Shown here piece by piece: positions 1-9,559 of a stretch of DNA of 35,391 bases. The translations under genes were made by a program, and so were the position numbers. The notes under the pieces are model-generated. The model ran no database searches and was not told the origin of the DNA. It saw only the letters and a list, made by a program, of their open reading frames with translations. Each line of letters begins with the position of its first letter. The stretch's first letter is position 1. Source of the DNA: Bdellovibrionales bacterium (GTDB taxonomy: Bacteria > Bdellovibrionota > Bdellovibrionia > Bdellovibrionales > UBA840); contig JBBKWS010000090.1 in NCBI GenBank assembly GCA_037969075.1, positions 1 through 35,391 on the forward strand, read 5' to 3'.

Positions 1-651
1 GGTTGGAGATATGTACATTTGTTAAGTCCTTGTAACAAAAATATGTCCCGTATCTATAAAGAGGGTGGAGCTACGTTTTTCTTAGATAATCCAAGTGAGT
101 ACCGCGCCATGATGATGGTACCGACTGACATCATTCAAGAACGTATTGTTGAAGTAATTAACAACACAACCATGTACCAACCTAACAATGGTGAGATACA
201 AGATAATGTTGAGTGGAGCTTAAAACCCCCTACTTATAATTTAGTTGCGACACTGGATAATCTTGAAGAAGCTAACTCTAATACTTGGCCATTATATGTA
301 TTGTCTTTAGCAATCCGCGGAGTAGATCGTGGCAATTACCATGATGCCAACAAAATGCTAAAAGAATTAGGCTATAGACCTTCGAAAGTGCAACTGGGCG
401 GGATGTACAAATTCTTAATTCGTCCATGGTTAGTAGGACGCATGTTTATACCAAAGGCAGTAAAGTTTAGAAAAGAAGACCATCCTGCTGGAAAACCTTT
501 TAATGTCGTTGAAATCAACACCGCGATTTCTTTAAAAGAATTTTTGGAAAGAAATCATGCGCTACAAAAAGTTGTTGAAGCTTTTCCTACTCAGGGACCT
601 GTACTGCCTTCTGAGTTAGAAATTGAAATTGATAGTACAGATATTAATTAA
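1..651 (+). CDS. 5'-truncated DUF2145-like protein of unknown function
   Basis: Frame is open from base 1 (GWRYVHLLSPC...). The motif order WxxVHLLxxC, GxxxFFLD, P..IQ, YNLVA, NSNTW, LGYRP, EDHP, S..EFL matches my recollection of DUF2145; not confirmed by HMM. Confidence 0.6.
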   Translation, partial: GWRYVHLLSPCNKNMSRIYKEGGATFFLDNPSEYRAMMMVPTDIIQERIVEVINNTTMYQPNNGEIQDNVEWSLKPPTYNLVATLDNLEEANSNTWPLYVLSLAIRGVDRGNYHDANKMLKELGYRPSKVQLGGMYKFLIRPWLVGRMFIPKAVKFRKEDHPAGKPFNVVEINTAISLKEFLERNHALQKVVEAFPTQGPVLPSELEIEIDSTDIN

Positions 652-2064
652 TTATGATTCATCGTCGTCAGGCTCTTCGTCATCAGCGGAACCAAGATTA
701 TACTTGTCTACTCTATAGCGCATAGAGCGAAAGCTGATACCTAGAAGCTTGGCGGCTTTTTTCTTTACTCCATTCGTTTTGTGAATGGCTTTAATGATTA
801 GTTCCTTTTCGATTTGCTCCACGATTCTCTCTAGATCCACACCTTCATCGGTTATCTCAATTTCATAAGCTGAGGCTAACTTTCTGCCTGTGGGCGTTTG
901 TACAAAAGGAGGTAAGCTTTCTGGTAAAATAGTAGCTCCGCCCTCTAAAGCAATAGTTCGTTCAATGATATTCTCTAACTCTCTGACGTTACCAGGATAA
1001 GAATAACTTTTTAAACAAGCCATGGCTTCTTCACTGATACCATTAACTGTCTTACCTAACCTATCATTGTATTTTTTTAAAAAGTGTCTAGCAAGTATTG
1101 GAACATCGTCTTTACGGTCTCTAAGAGGCGGGGCCTTTAATTGAATTACATTTAATCTATAGTAAAGATCTTCTCTAAAAGTTCCTTTTTTAACCATGTC
1201 TTCTAAATCACGATTGGTCGCTGCAACCAGCCTTACCTCAATCTTAATGTCATCTGTTCCACCTACGCGTCTAATCACACGCTCTTGAATCGATCTCAAT
1301 AACTTAACCTGAATACTTAATGGTAATTCACCGATTTCATCTAAAAACAAAGTTCCATTGTTTGCCACTTCAAACAAACCTTGTTTGTCAGCAATGGCAC
1401 CTGTAAATGAACCCTTCTTATGACCAAACATCTCTGATTCCATTAAAGATTCTGGTATAGCTCCACAGTTAACTGTAACAAATGGCTTGTCTTTATACGG
1501 ACTATTATAATGAACCGCTTTTGCAATCATCTCTTTACCAGTACCAGACTCACCCAAAATTAAAATGTTTGTAGGAGTACCGGCAACTCGCTTTATCATC
1601 TCATAAATTCTATGCATTGGTTCAGAGTTACCAATCAGGTTGGTAAAACTGTATTCTCTTACTAATTCTTTTTTTAGAGTTTTATTTTCTACTTCTAAAT
1701 TTTGTGCGCGTAGAGCATTAGAAATTAAGATTCTTACTTCATCAATTTTAAATGGTTTAGTTAAATAATCGTAGGCGCCCATTTTCATGGCTTCAACAGC
1801 TGTTTCGGTAGTACCAAATGCCGTAATCATTAAAAATACCACTTCGGGATAATTATCTTTTGCGTACTTTAAAAGCTCAAGCCCTGTCATCTTTGGCATT
1901 TGTAAATCAGATACGATCATATCAAAAGTTTTTTTCTTTAATAACTCAGAAGCAACTGCCCCGTCCTCGGCAAGAGTAACTTCATAGCCTTCTTTTCTTA
2001 GCATGATATCTAAAAATTCACGGATGGATTGTTCATCATCAACGACAAGGATTCTAGGCTTCAT
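652..2064 (-). CDS. pilR: Sigma54-dependent NtrC-family response regulator PilR
   Basis: Receiver domain (VVDDE, DLQMP, KPF), AAA+ Walker A GESGTGKE, GSFTGA loop, Walker B FLDEIGE, C-terminal Fis-type HTH. Start moved to ATG 2064, which has GGAG 5 nt upstream. Follows pilBTCS. Confidence 0.9.
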   Translation of the reverse strand: MKPRILVVDDEQSIREFLDIMLRKEGYEVTLAEDGAVASELLKKKTFDMIVSDLQMPKMTGLELLKYAKDNYPEVVFLMITAFGTTETAVEAMKMGAYDYLTKPFKIDEVRILISNALRAQNLEVENKTLKKELVREYSFTNLIGNSEPMHRIYEMIKRVAGTPTNILILGESGTGKEMIAKAVHYNSPYKDKPFVTVNCGAIPESLMESEMFGHKKGSFTGAIADKQGLFEVANNGTLFLDEIGELPLSIQVKLLRSIQERVIRRVGGTDDIKIEVRLVAATNRDLEDMVKKGTFREDLYYRLNVIQLKAPPLRDRKDDVPILARHFLKKYNDRLGKTVNGISEEAMACLKSYSYPGNVRELENIIERTIALEGGATILPESLPPFVQTPTGRKLASAYEIEITDEGVDLERIVEQIEKELIIKAIHKTNGVKKKAAKLLGISFRSMRYRVDKYNLGSADDEEPDDDES

Positions 2065-2100
2065 TCGGTCTCCGTTGTTACTCAAAAATGCTGTAATTTA

Positions 2101-2129
2101 AGTATAGAGGTTCTAGCTCTCCGTGACAA
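2101..2129 (-). promoter_or_regulatory. Sigma70-type promoter upstream of pilR
   Basis: Minus strand TTGTCA (2129-2124), 17 nt spacer, TATACT (2106-2101), in the pilS-pilR gap. Confidence 0.7.
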
Positions 2130-2149
2130 AAATTACTATTTGAACTCGG

Positions 2150-3718
2150 CTATGGTAGAGGAAATCTTAATACAAACTCAGCGCCTTCACCAGCCCGTGA
2201 TGATACATCCACATTGGCCCGATGATTTTCTAAAATTTTATGTACCACAGCTAACCCCAGTCCAGTTCCTTTGGGCTTTGTCGTGTGAAATGGCTCGAAC
2301 AACCTAGACTTCACCTCATCGGACATACCCAGGCCGCTATCTTTAATTTTTAGCACAACATTGTCTTCTGTCTGCTGTAAATCAATTTGTATGCGCTTAA
2401 TAGAGCTCTCATCAAGGGCTTGGATCGCATTAATTAATAAATTAAGGACAACTTGTAAGAGCTTATTTTTATCTCCGATTATTTGAATGTCTTTACCAAT
2501 ACTAGTCTCGATCATTACGTCAGGTGATAGTCTTGTATCTTTTTTAATTTGCTCTAGCGTTTCTTCTACCACCAAACTTAAAGACACAAGTTCAGTAAGA
2601 GTTTTCTCGGGTCTTGCGAAATCTAAAAAATCTGTAACAAGTCCATTTAGCCGATCGATCTCTCTAAGAACGATTTGCATCAATTTCTTCTCTTCATCAC
2701 TTGCTGTAGTTAAAGTCGATTTTAAAAACTGGATACTACCGGACATGCTAGCCAATGGATTTCGAATTTCATGGGCAATGCCTGCGGCCAGCTTGCCGAT
2801 GGCAGCTAATTTTTCATTTCTTTTTTTATCGTCTTCTAGTTTTCTAATATCTGTTTGATCAGAAAAAATTAACAACCCACCGATTTTTGTTTTCTGCTCA
2901 TCTAAAATATCAGAATACAGTATTAACAAGTTCTTGAACCCATCTTTACACTTTAAATTATAGTTTAATTGTAAGCTTCCACGTCCGGTCCCTGCATGCA
3001 ACCTGTCAATCAATTGAGGGAAAACAAATTCAAGCTGTGTTCCTTCTACTAAGGTTTTACCTAAAATTTCGCTGGCACTATCATTATGCAACAATATTGA
3101 GTTTTTAGTATCCATACTAATAAACCCTGACTGCATGTTTTGTAAAATTAAAGTGTTTAAATCTTTTAAAATTTGTAAATCTTTAGTTTTCTTAGTTAAC
3201 TCTGTACTAAGACTTTTTAATTGCTCCCCTAAAGAGCCACTTAAAAACGCTACTACAAAAAACCCTAAATTATTAAGACCAATTGTCAAAAGTAACATCT
3301 GTCCTTCAAGCTTGGGCCCCACAGCCAAAAGAAGACTAAAGCAAAATGAGCTAACCACTGCGATAAAAACGCCGCCCTCTCTAGAGAAAAGAAGGCCTGC
3401 CATTAAGATGTGAATCAAATATAAAAAGACAAACAACGCCTGCACCGCAGGGAAAAAGAACATCAAAATAGTAATTGCAATAGTATCAAAGATAAAAACT
3501 AAATAGTGTACCCAAGGATATTTAAGAAACTTTGAGATATAAATGATATACGAAAAATGAAATATTAATGAAATCGCCACAAGCAAAAGTATGCTAAAAT
3601 TAAAATCGGGTTGGATAAAATCTTTTTGTAAAATATTTGAAAGTGCTACAAAACTTAAAAGTAGACTATAAAACCCTACTTTTACCCACTCTACTCTTAA
3701 AAATCTTTTTTCTTCCAT
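2150..3718 (-). CDS. pilS: Membrane sensor histidine kinase PilS
   Basis: About 6 N-terminal TM segments, PAS-like linker, H-box AHEIRNPL, N-box NLLINA, DSGLG and GTGLGL. Sits between pilC and pilR. Confidence 0.88.
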   Translation of the reverse strand: MEEKRFLRVEWVKVGFYSLLLSFVALSNILQKDFIQPDFNFSILLLVAISLIFHFSYIIYISKFLKYPWVHYLVFIFDTIAITILMFFFPAVQALFVFLYLIHILMAGLLFSREGGVFIAVVSSFCFSLLLAVGPKLEGQMLLLTIGLNNLGFFVVAFLSGSLGEQLKSLSTELTKKTKDLQILKDLNTLILQNMQSGFISMDTKNSILLHNDSASEILGKTLVEGTQLEFVFPQLIDRLHAGTGRGSLQLNYNLKCKDGFKNLLILYSDILDEQKTKIGGLLIFSDQTDIRKLEDDKKRNEKLAAIGKLAAGIAHEIRNPLASMSGSIQFLKSTLTTASDEEKKLMQIVLREIDRLNGLVTDFLDFARPEKTLTELVSLSLVVEETLEQIKKDTRLSPDVMIETSIGKDIQIIGDKNKLLQVVLNLLINAIQALDESSIKRIQIDLQQTEDNVVLKIKDSGLGMSDEVKSRLFEPFHTTKPKGTGLGLAVVHKILENHRANVDVSSRAGEGAEFVLRFPLP

Positions 3719-3719
3719 A

Positions 3720-4928
3720 TCACACGCTATCAGCTAAGCCAAATATTGGTAAGTACATGGCAATTACAAGCACCGCTACGATGCCACCTAAAAAAACCAT
3801 CATTAATGGTTCAATTAACGTGGTCGCTGCAGTGACCGCGTAATCAACCTCATCTTCATAAAAATCAGCGACCTTTGCTAACATCGTGTCTAGCGCGCCC
3901 GTTTGCTCTCCGACACCTATCATTTGCACAACCATATCAGGCATGTATGGATTTTTTGAAAATGGTAGAGTCATACTCTTTCCTTCAGAAATTACCGCTT
4001 TTGATTCACGAATTGTCTTTTCTACTACGGCATTACCAACAGAACCCGCCGCAATGTCTAATGCATCTAACAGCGCCACACCACTTGAAAGCAATGTTGA
4101 TAGTGTTCGGCTGAATCTAGCAATTTCTGATTTCTGAATTACCGATCCAACAATTGGCATTCTAATAAAAAATTCATCCATTGTTAGCCTGCCATCTACG
4201 GTTTGATAAAAAGATTTTACGGCCCAAAATACAGCAAATGCACCACCGATAATAAAATACCAGTTGCTAATCACATAGTGACTGAGATCAATCACCATTT
4301 GCGTTAATTCAGGCAGAGCTTTACCCGTTGATTTAAAAAGCTCTTCAAATTTTGGAATTACGAAAGTAATGATGATACTGATAACAACTACAGAAATTAT
4401 CAAAACGCCAATCGGGTACCACATAGCCCCTTTTACTTTATTTTTAATTTTCTCTGCCTTCTCAATATAAATAGCAAGACGATTTAAAATAGTATCTAAG
4501 ATACCGCCCTCTTCACCCGCTTTTACTAAGTTTACGTAGAGCTTGTTGAAAATAGCACCATGCAGCGCCATGGACTCGGCCAATCTTTTACCACTAGAGA
4601 TATCTTCTTTAATTTTTTTAAGCGCAGCTTTTAGTCCCACATTTTTAGTGCCGTCTTCTAGAATCTCTAAACCTTGAACTATGGGTATCCCTGAATTTAC
4701 AAGAGTAGCAAATTGTCTGGTAAAAACCTGCAACTCTTTACTACTCACCTTAGTAGATCCAAACCTTGCCGCTGCTGATTTGTTCTTAACGCCTTTAGCA
4801 GTAACCGAAACAGGCACTAGATTTTGCGCGCGAATTTTTACTCTCGCCTCTGTTTCACTCGCAGCTGTAACCTCACCCCGAACGACTTTTCCACCCGGAA
4901 TTTTTGCCTGAAAAATAAATACTGGCAC
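3720..4928 (-). CDS. pilC: Type IV pilus inner-membrane platform protein PilC
   Basis: FTRQFATLVNSGIP, GEEGGIL, GEQTGALD and IAMYLPIF; two T2SSF repeats. Confidence 0.95.
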   Translation of the reverse strand: MPVFIFQAKIPGGKVVRGEVTAASETEARVKIRAQNLVPVSVTAKGVKNKSAAARFGSTKVSSKELQVFTRQFATLVNSGIPIVQGLEILEDGTKNVGLKAALKKIKEDISSGKRLAESMALHGAIFNKLYVNLVKAGEEGGILDTILNRLAIYIEKAEKIKNKVKGAMWYPIGVLIISVVVISIIITFVIPKFEELFKSTGKALPELTQMVIDLSHYVISNWYFIIGGAFAVFWAVKSFYQTVDGRLTMDEFFIRMPIVGSVIQKSEIARFSRTLSTLLSSGVALLDALDIAAGSVGNAVVEKTIRESKAVISEGKSMTLPFSKNPYMPDMVVQMIGVGEQTGALDTMLAKVADFYEDEVDYAVTAATTLIEPLMMVFLGGIVAVLVIAMYLPIFGLADSV

Positions 4929-5995
4929 TATAGCCCAGCCTTTCTAAGCAAACGGTCTAACTCATCAGGGTCGGGACTTGATTGAAACGCTGTCTTCATA
5001 TCTATGTGGCGCTTTAATAAAAGGCTCATCAAGGATTGATTCATGGTAATCATACCTGTTTGATTTTGTCCCATTTGCATAAGTGACTTTATTTGGTGTA
5101 ATTTATCCTCACGGATGAGATTTCTAATTCCAGGCGTTGGTACCAAAACCTCTAAAGCTAATCTTACAGATCCATCTGTCGCACTTAGCAGCTGTTGCGA
5201 TACAATCCCCTGAAGGACAAAACTCAGTTGCACACGCACTCTCTCTTGCTGACCACTAGGAAAAGCCTGTATAATACGATTAATCGTTTCAATAGCTGAA
5301 TTCGTATGAAGCGTGGCGAATACTAAGTGCCCCGTTTCTGCCACTGTTAGGGCGGATTCTATTGTATCTAGATCACGCATCTCACCTATCAAGCAATAAT
5401 CAGGATCCTGTCTTAATAGATGCTTTAGAGCAATTAAAAAGCCGTCTGTATCAGCGCCTATTTCACGCTGTTTTACTATGGCCTTCTTATGAGAATGTAC
5501 ATATTCTATTGGGTCTTCAAGAGTAACTATTGTCGCACTTTCCTCTGTGTTGATTTTATCAATCATAGCAGCAATTGTTGTTGTCTTTCCTGAGCCTGTA
5601 GCACCAGTCACTAAAACCAAACCAGATTTTTGCTGTGTGAAGTTTGCAACAACTGCTGGCATATTTAATTTTTCAAGCGTTGGTATTTCATTTGGTATAC
5701 GTCTAAAAACTGCAGAAATACTTCCAAGTTGATAGCAGATATTACCCCTAAATCTTGAAAGGTCTTTTATGCCGATCCCAAAATCTAATTCTTTGCTCTC
5801 TTCAAATATATTTTTTTGTGTCTCAGTTAAAATTGCATAGATTAGCTGCTTAATATCATCGGGCTGTAAAACCTCTGATTTAAGCCTAAGCACTTTTCCA
5901 CCAACTCGTAAACAAGGGGGTGCTCCTGCAACTAAGTGCAGATCACTAGCCTGCTGATCTACAGCCGCTCGTAATAAATGTTTTAGCGTAAGCAT
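4928..5995 (-). CDS. pilT: Type IV pilus retraction ATPase PilT
   Basis: ASDLHL, Walker A GATGSGKTT, EDPIEY, LRQDPD, GEMRD, TLHTNSA, GIRNLIRE (AIRNLIRE motif). Confidence 0.93.
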   Translation of the reverse strand: MLTLKHLLRAAVDQQASDLHLVAGAPPCLRVGGKVLRLKSEVLQPDDIKQLIYAILTETQKNIFEESKELDFGIGIKDLSRFRGNICYQLGSISAVFRRIPNEIPTLEKLNMPAVVANFTQQKSGLVLVTGATGSGKTTTIAAMIDKINTEESATIVTLEDPIEYVHSHKKAIVKQREIGADTDGFLIALKHLLRQDPDYCLIGEMRDLDTIESALTVAETGHLVFATLHTNSAIETINRIIQAFPSGQQERVRVQLSFVLQGIVSQQLLSATDGSVRLALEVLVPTPGIRNLIREDKLHQIKSLMQMGQNQTGMITMNQSLMSLLLKRHIDMKTAFQSSPDPDELDRLLRKAGL

Positions 5996-6009
5996 AATTC
6001 ATCCCGTTG

Positions 6010-7698
6010 TTAATCTTTAGCAGAAGTAGTCAAAACCTCTTCCACACTTGTCAGCCCTTGCTTCAACTTTAATAAACCACTCATTCTTAATGAACGCATA
6101 CCTAATTGAATGGCTTTTTGTTTTAATTCACTACTAGAAACATTTTCATAAATAGATTGCTTGATAGATTCGTTCATTTCAAGCACTTCATAAATAGCTA
6201 TTCGCCCCTTGTAACCCGTATCGTTACATCTAGCGCAACCCTCGCCCTTCATTACATTATAAGAAGGTATCTCACTTTCAATTGCTCCCATATCTTTTAA
6301 AACAGCAGGATCAACCTGCACTACATCCTTGCAGTGCTCACAATTTTTTCTAACTAGTCTTTGCGCAACAACGACATTTAGTGCAGAAGAAACTAAAAAA
6401 GGCTCTACACCCATATCTATCAATCTATACACAGTAGACGTAGCATCATTTGTATGCAATGTACTAACAACCAAGTGGCCAGTAAGTGCTGCCTTAAACG
6501 CCACCTCTGCTGTCTCTAAATCTCGTATTTCACCCACCATGATAATATCAGGATCTTGCCTAAGAAAGCTTCTTAGTGTTGCCGCAAAATCTAAGTCGAC
6601 ATCACGGTTCATTTGAACTTGGTTGATTCCGTCTAAGTTAAATTCGACAGGATCCTCTGCAGTGGATATATTTACATCCACTGTATTCAAATCAGACAAC
6701 GCAGAATATATAGTTGTCGTTTTACCAGATCCAGTCGGACCTGTAACTAATGCCATGCCATGTGGCTTATAAATTCCATTTTTAAATTTTTTTAAATCAT
6801 CCGCTTCAAAACCAAGCTTTGTCATATCTAGCTGCAAGTTACCTTTATCAAGCAATCGTAATACGATCTTCTCGCCAAATAAACTTGGTAAGACGCTCAC
6901 CCTAAAATCCATTTCTTTATTAGATTTTGTACGGATCTTTAACCTTCCATCTTGTGGCCGTCTTCTCTCAGAAATATCCATTTTAGACATAATTTTAATT
7001 CTACTAGATATAGCAGGAGCTACAGCAGACGGGGGTTGAATTTTTTCGTACAAAGCGCCATCAATTCTAAATCTTATTCGGTAGTTTTTTTCATAAGGCT
7101 CAATATGTATATCAGAGGCTTTCATTTTAATCGCCTCAGACAACATCATGTTTACAAATTGCACGACCGGTGCTTCATCTTTAACATCTTCTAAATCTAG
7201 TACAGAATCATCTATACTATCCGTCATGCTATCTTTTTCCATTTCGGTCATGATCGACTCATAAGAGACTTTCGAATCATAACTACGCTCTATTGCCGCA
7301 CGAATGGCCGACTCAGAGGAAACAACTGGCTGGATTTTACACTTTGTTAAAAAGGTTAAATCATCTTTAACAAAAATATTACTTGGGTCTGCCATAGATA
7401 CCACAAGGGTATTACCAGATACAGATATAGGAATTACTAAATATTTTTCGCAGATGGATTTATTTACTTTTTTTATAGCGGCTGGATCAATAGTAAATGT
7501 ATTTAAATCAATTGCTGGAACATTATACTGCTTTGCTAATATGGCTGTAATTTGGCCTTCGTCAGCATAGCCTAATTTCACAAGCGCATTAGTAAGCTTG
7601 CCGCCACTTTGACGTTGCTCCTTCATCGCTTGCTCTAATTGCAGAGGATCGATGATTTTTTCTTGTACTAAAAGCTCGCCTAATTTTTTTGCTGACAC
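6010..7698 (-). CDS. pilB: Type IV-A pilus assembly ATPase PilB
   Basis: N-terminal MshEN-like region, ASDIHIEP, GPTGSGKTT, LRQDPD, GEIRD, tetracysteine CEHC...CARC, GYKGR. GTG start with GGAG upstream. Confidence 0.95.
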   Translation of the reverse strand: MSAKKLGELLVQEKIIDPLQLEQAMKEQRQSGGKLTNALVKLGYADEGQITAILAKQYNVPAIDLNTFTIDPAAIKKVNKSICEKYLVIPISVSGNTLVVSMADPSNIFVKDDLTFLTKCKIQPVVSSESAIRAAIERSYDSKVSYESIMTEMEKDSMTDSIDDSVLDLEDVKDEAPVVQFVNMMLSEAIKMKASDIHIEPYEKNYRIRFRIDGALYEKIQPPSAVAPAISSRIKIMSKMDISERRRPQDGRLKIRTKSNKEMDFRVSVLPSLFGEKIVLRLLDKGNLQLDMTKLGFEADDLKKFKNGIYKPHGMALVTGPTGSGKTTTIYSALSDLNTVDVNISTAEDPVEFNLDGINQVQMNRDVDLDFAATLRSFLRQDPDIIMVGEIRDLETAEVAFKAALTGHLVVSTLHTNDATSTVYRLIDMGVEPFLVSSALNVVVAQRLVRKNCEHCKDVVQVDPAVLKDMGAIESEIPSYNVMKGEGCARCNDTGYKGRIAIYEVLEMNESIKQSIYENVSSSELKQKAIQLGMRSLRMSGLLKLKQGLTSVEEVLTTSAKD

Positions 7699-7794
7699 CT
7701 TGATTCTCCATCCATGGATTTTTATAAATTATCATATAATTTCGATAAGATAGCTAGGTAGGTGTAATCAAAGCCCGACTTTTGTACGGCTAGA

Positions 7795-8637
7795 TTACGC
7801 AGGATTAGTTTTAATAGCTTTTAGCCACGAGTCTAGGTACCCGTCCCAGCTAAATTTTTTATTAGATACAGCCTGCATCCAATAGAAATCCTGAAGGGCA
7901 TAAAATTTATAGCCATCAACCAAATGAATATCTAGGTCTTTAGCTTGTAACAGTAATGGAGATTCCACTGGATACAAATTTAAATCAATAACCACAGCAT
8001 CTTTATTTAAATAATTAAAATAAAACAAATCATTCATCAAATCATTTTCGCTATCGGTAGGTAACGTATTAACTAAGATCGAGTGCGTCCCCGGTAAATA
8101 GGCAAGCTCATCTTGCGAAACAAATTTTAAATTCAAATTAAAATTTCTCTTAGAGAAATCTGCGAAAAATGAGTCGACGTCCTCTTTATTTTTATCACAA
8201 ACTGAGATTTTTTTATACCCAACTTTTAGCAAGCCATTTATTGCAATTCTGGCTAAAGTTCCGGAGCCAATAATCAGCGCACCCGCCTGTATATCAAAAT
8301 TATCCACATTTTTATTTAACGTCTCTATAAAAGAATCTTCTAAAAATGATCTAGGAAACCACTTTCCATCTTGTTTAAATATACTGTCCGAAGTTGGTGA
8401 GAAGTAGTGCTTGGTACTTAGTTCAACTAAATTATCCCTCATTAAATTTCCAAACTTCTCATCAATAATAATTTGATCACAAGAGGCCTTTGCTATCTTA
8501 ATTACTTCAAGAACGGTCTCATTTGTTGCCACCATATGTGACCATGAGTTCTCTATACCTTGTGAACTTAAGTAGGAGGATAAAAAATCATACCTTCCCT
8601 TCTGTGACACTTCTGCAATCTCTATCCACTTAAACAT
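7795..8637 (-). CDS. Degenerate shikimate dehydrogenase (AroE)-like protein
   Basis: C-terminal half follows the AroE Rossmann domain (ALIIGSGTLAR, LVNTLP, DLNLYPVESPLL, VDG..Q). N-terminal catalytic motifs are not recognisable. Confidence 0.65.
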   Translation of the reverse strand: MFKWIEIAEVSQKGRYDFLSSYLSSQGIENSWSHMVATNETVLEVIKIAKASCDQIIIDEKFGNLMRDNLVELSTKHYFSPTSDSIFKQDGKWFPRSFLEDSFIETLNKNVDNFDIQAGALIIGSGTLARIAINGLLKVGYKKISVCDKNKEDVDSFFADFSKRNFNLNLKFVSQDELAYLPGTHSILVNTLPTDSENDLMNDLFYFNYLNKDAVVIDLNLYPVESPLLLQAKDLDIHLVDGYKFYALQDFYWMQAVSNKKFSWDGYLDSWLKAIKTNPA

Positions 8638-9559
8638 AAGTACTTCTCACATAAGCAATATCTTTCTTTATTTGATCTACCAATTCAGCAACGCCAGAGA
8701 AGCGCTTTTCTCCCCTTATATACTCAACAAATTCAACCCTAAGATCTTCACCGTAAATAAATTTATCAAAATCTAGTATATGAGCCTCGACTTGTATAGG
8801 TCTCTTAGTCACCTCTTGAAATGTCGGGTTATTCCCTACGTTAGTAACACCTATATATTTGGCCCCATCATGATAGACATTACAAACATATACACCTTTT
8901 GCAGGATACGTTTCGGCAGGGGAATAAATATTAGCCGTAGGAAATCCTATCTGACGACCTCTCTCAGCCCCTTTTTCGACGACACCCTGTAGATAAAAAG
9001 CTCTGCCTAAAAAATCATTGGCTTTTTTTATTTGTGCATCAGCGATTAACTTTCGAATTATACTGCTTGATACAATTTCATTATCAATTTTATAAGGAGG
9101 TATCACATGCAGATCTAAATTTAATTCTTTTGCTTTAGACTGTAAATATGATGTATTTCCCTCACGATTTGACCCAAAGTTAAAGTCATATCCGACAACA
9201 AGAGAAGTCGGGTTAAGAGGCTTCAACACCCAATCAAATAAAAATTCATCTCTATGTAGCTCTGACAATGACCTTGAGAATGGCTCAACAATATAATGAT
9301 CCACTCCCCATTTAGCCAGCAAATTTTCTTGGTCCTTAAGAGGAAATATTCGATGCAATTTTTTTTCTGGAAATAAAATTTTAGCCGGGTGCGGTTCGAA
9401 CGTCATTACTACAGACTCTGTCTTTTTTTGCTTAGCTAGCTTAATGACTTTTTGTATTAACTCTTGGTGACCTAAGTGCAACCCATCAAAATTACCTATA
9501 GTCACTACTGAAGAACGTAGGGATGACGAAAAATTTTTTACTCCATTATGTATAATCAT
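8630..9559 (-). CDS. ribF: Bifunctional riboflavin kinase/FAD synthetase
   Basis: TIGNFDGLHLGH, TFEPHP, VGYDFNFG, VSSSIIR, GRQIGFPTAN, VEAHILDF. Confidence 0.96.
   Translation of the reverse strand: MIIHNGVKNFSSSLRSSVVTIGNFDGLHLGHQELIQKVIKLAKQKKTESVVMTFEPHPAKILFPEKKLHRIFPLKDQENLLAKWGVDHYIVEPFSRSLSELHRDEFLFDWVLKPLNPTSLVVGYDFNFGSNREGNTSYLQSKAKELNLDLHVIPPYKIDNEIVSSSIIRKLIADAQIKKANDFLGRAFYLQGVVEKGAERGRQIGFPTANIYSPAETYPAKGVYVCNVYHDGAKYIGVTNVGNNPTFQEVTKRPIQVEAHILDFDKFIYGEDLRVEFVEYIRGEKRFSGVAELVDQIKKDIAYVRSTYV

Noticed and set aside
1397..1414. GSFTGA instead of GAFTGA in PilR
   Set aside because: Common variant among sigma54 activators; the FT core is intact.
3073..3090. TGGCAC...TGC as a sigma54 promoter
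   Set aside because: GG to GC spacing is wrong and it lies antisense inside pilS. I found no valid -24/-12 site in intergenic DNA.
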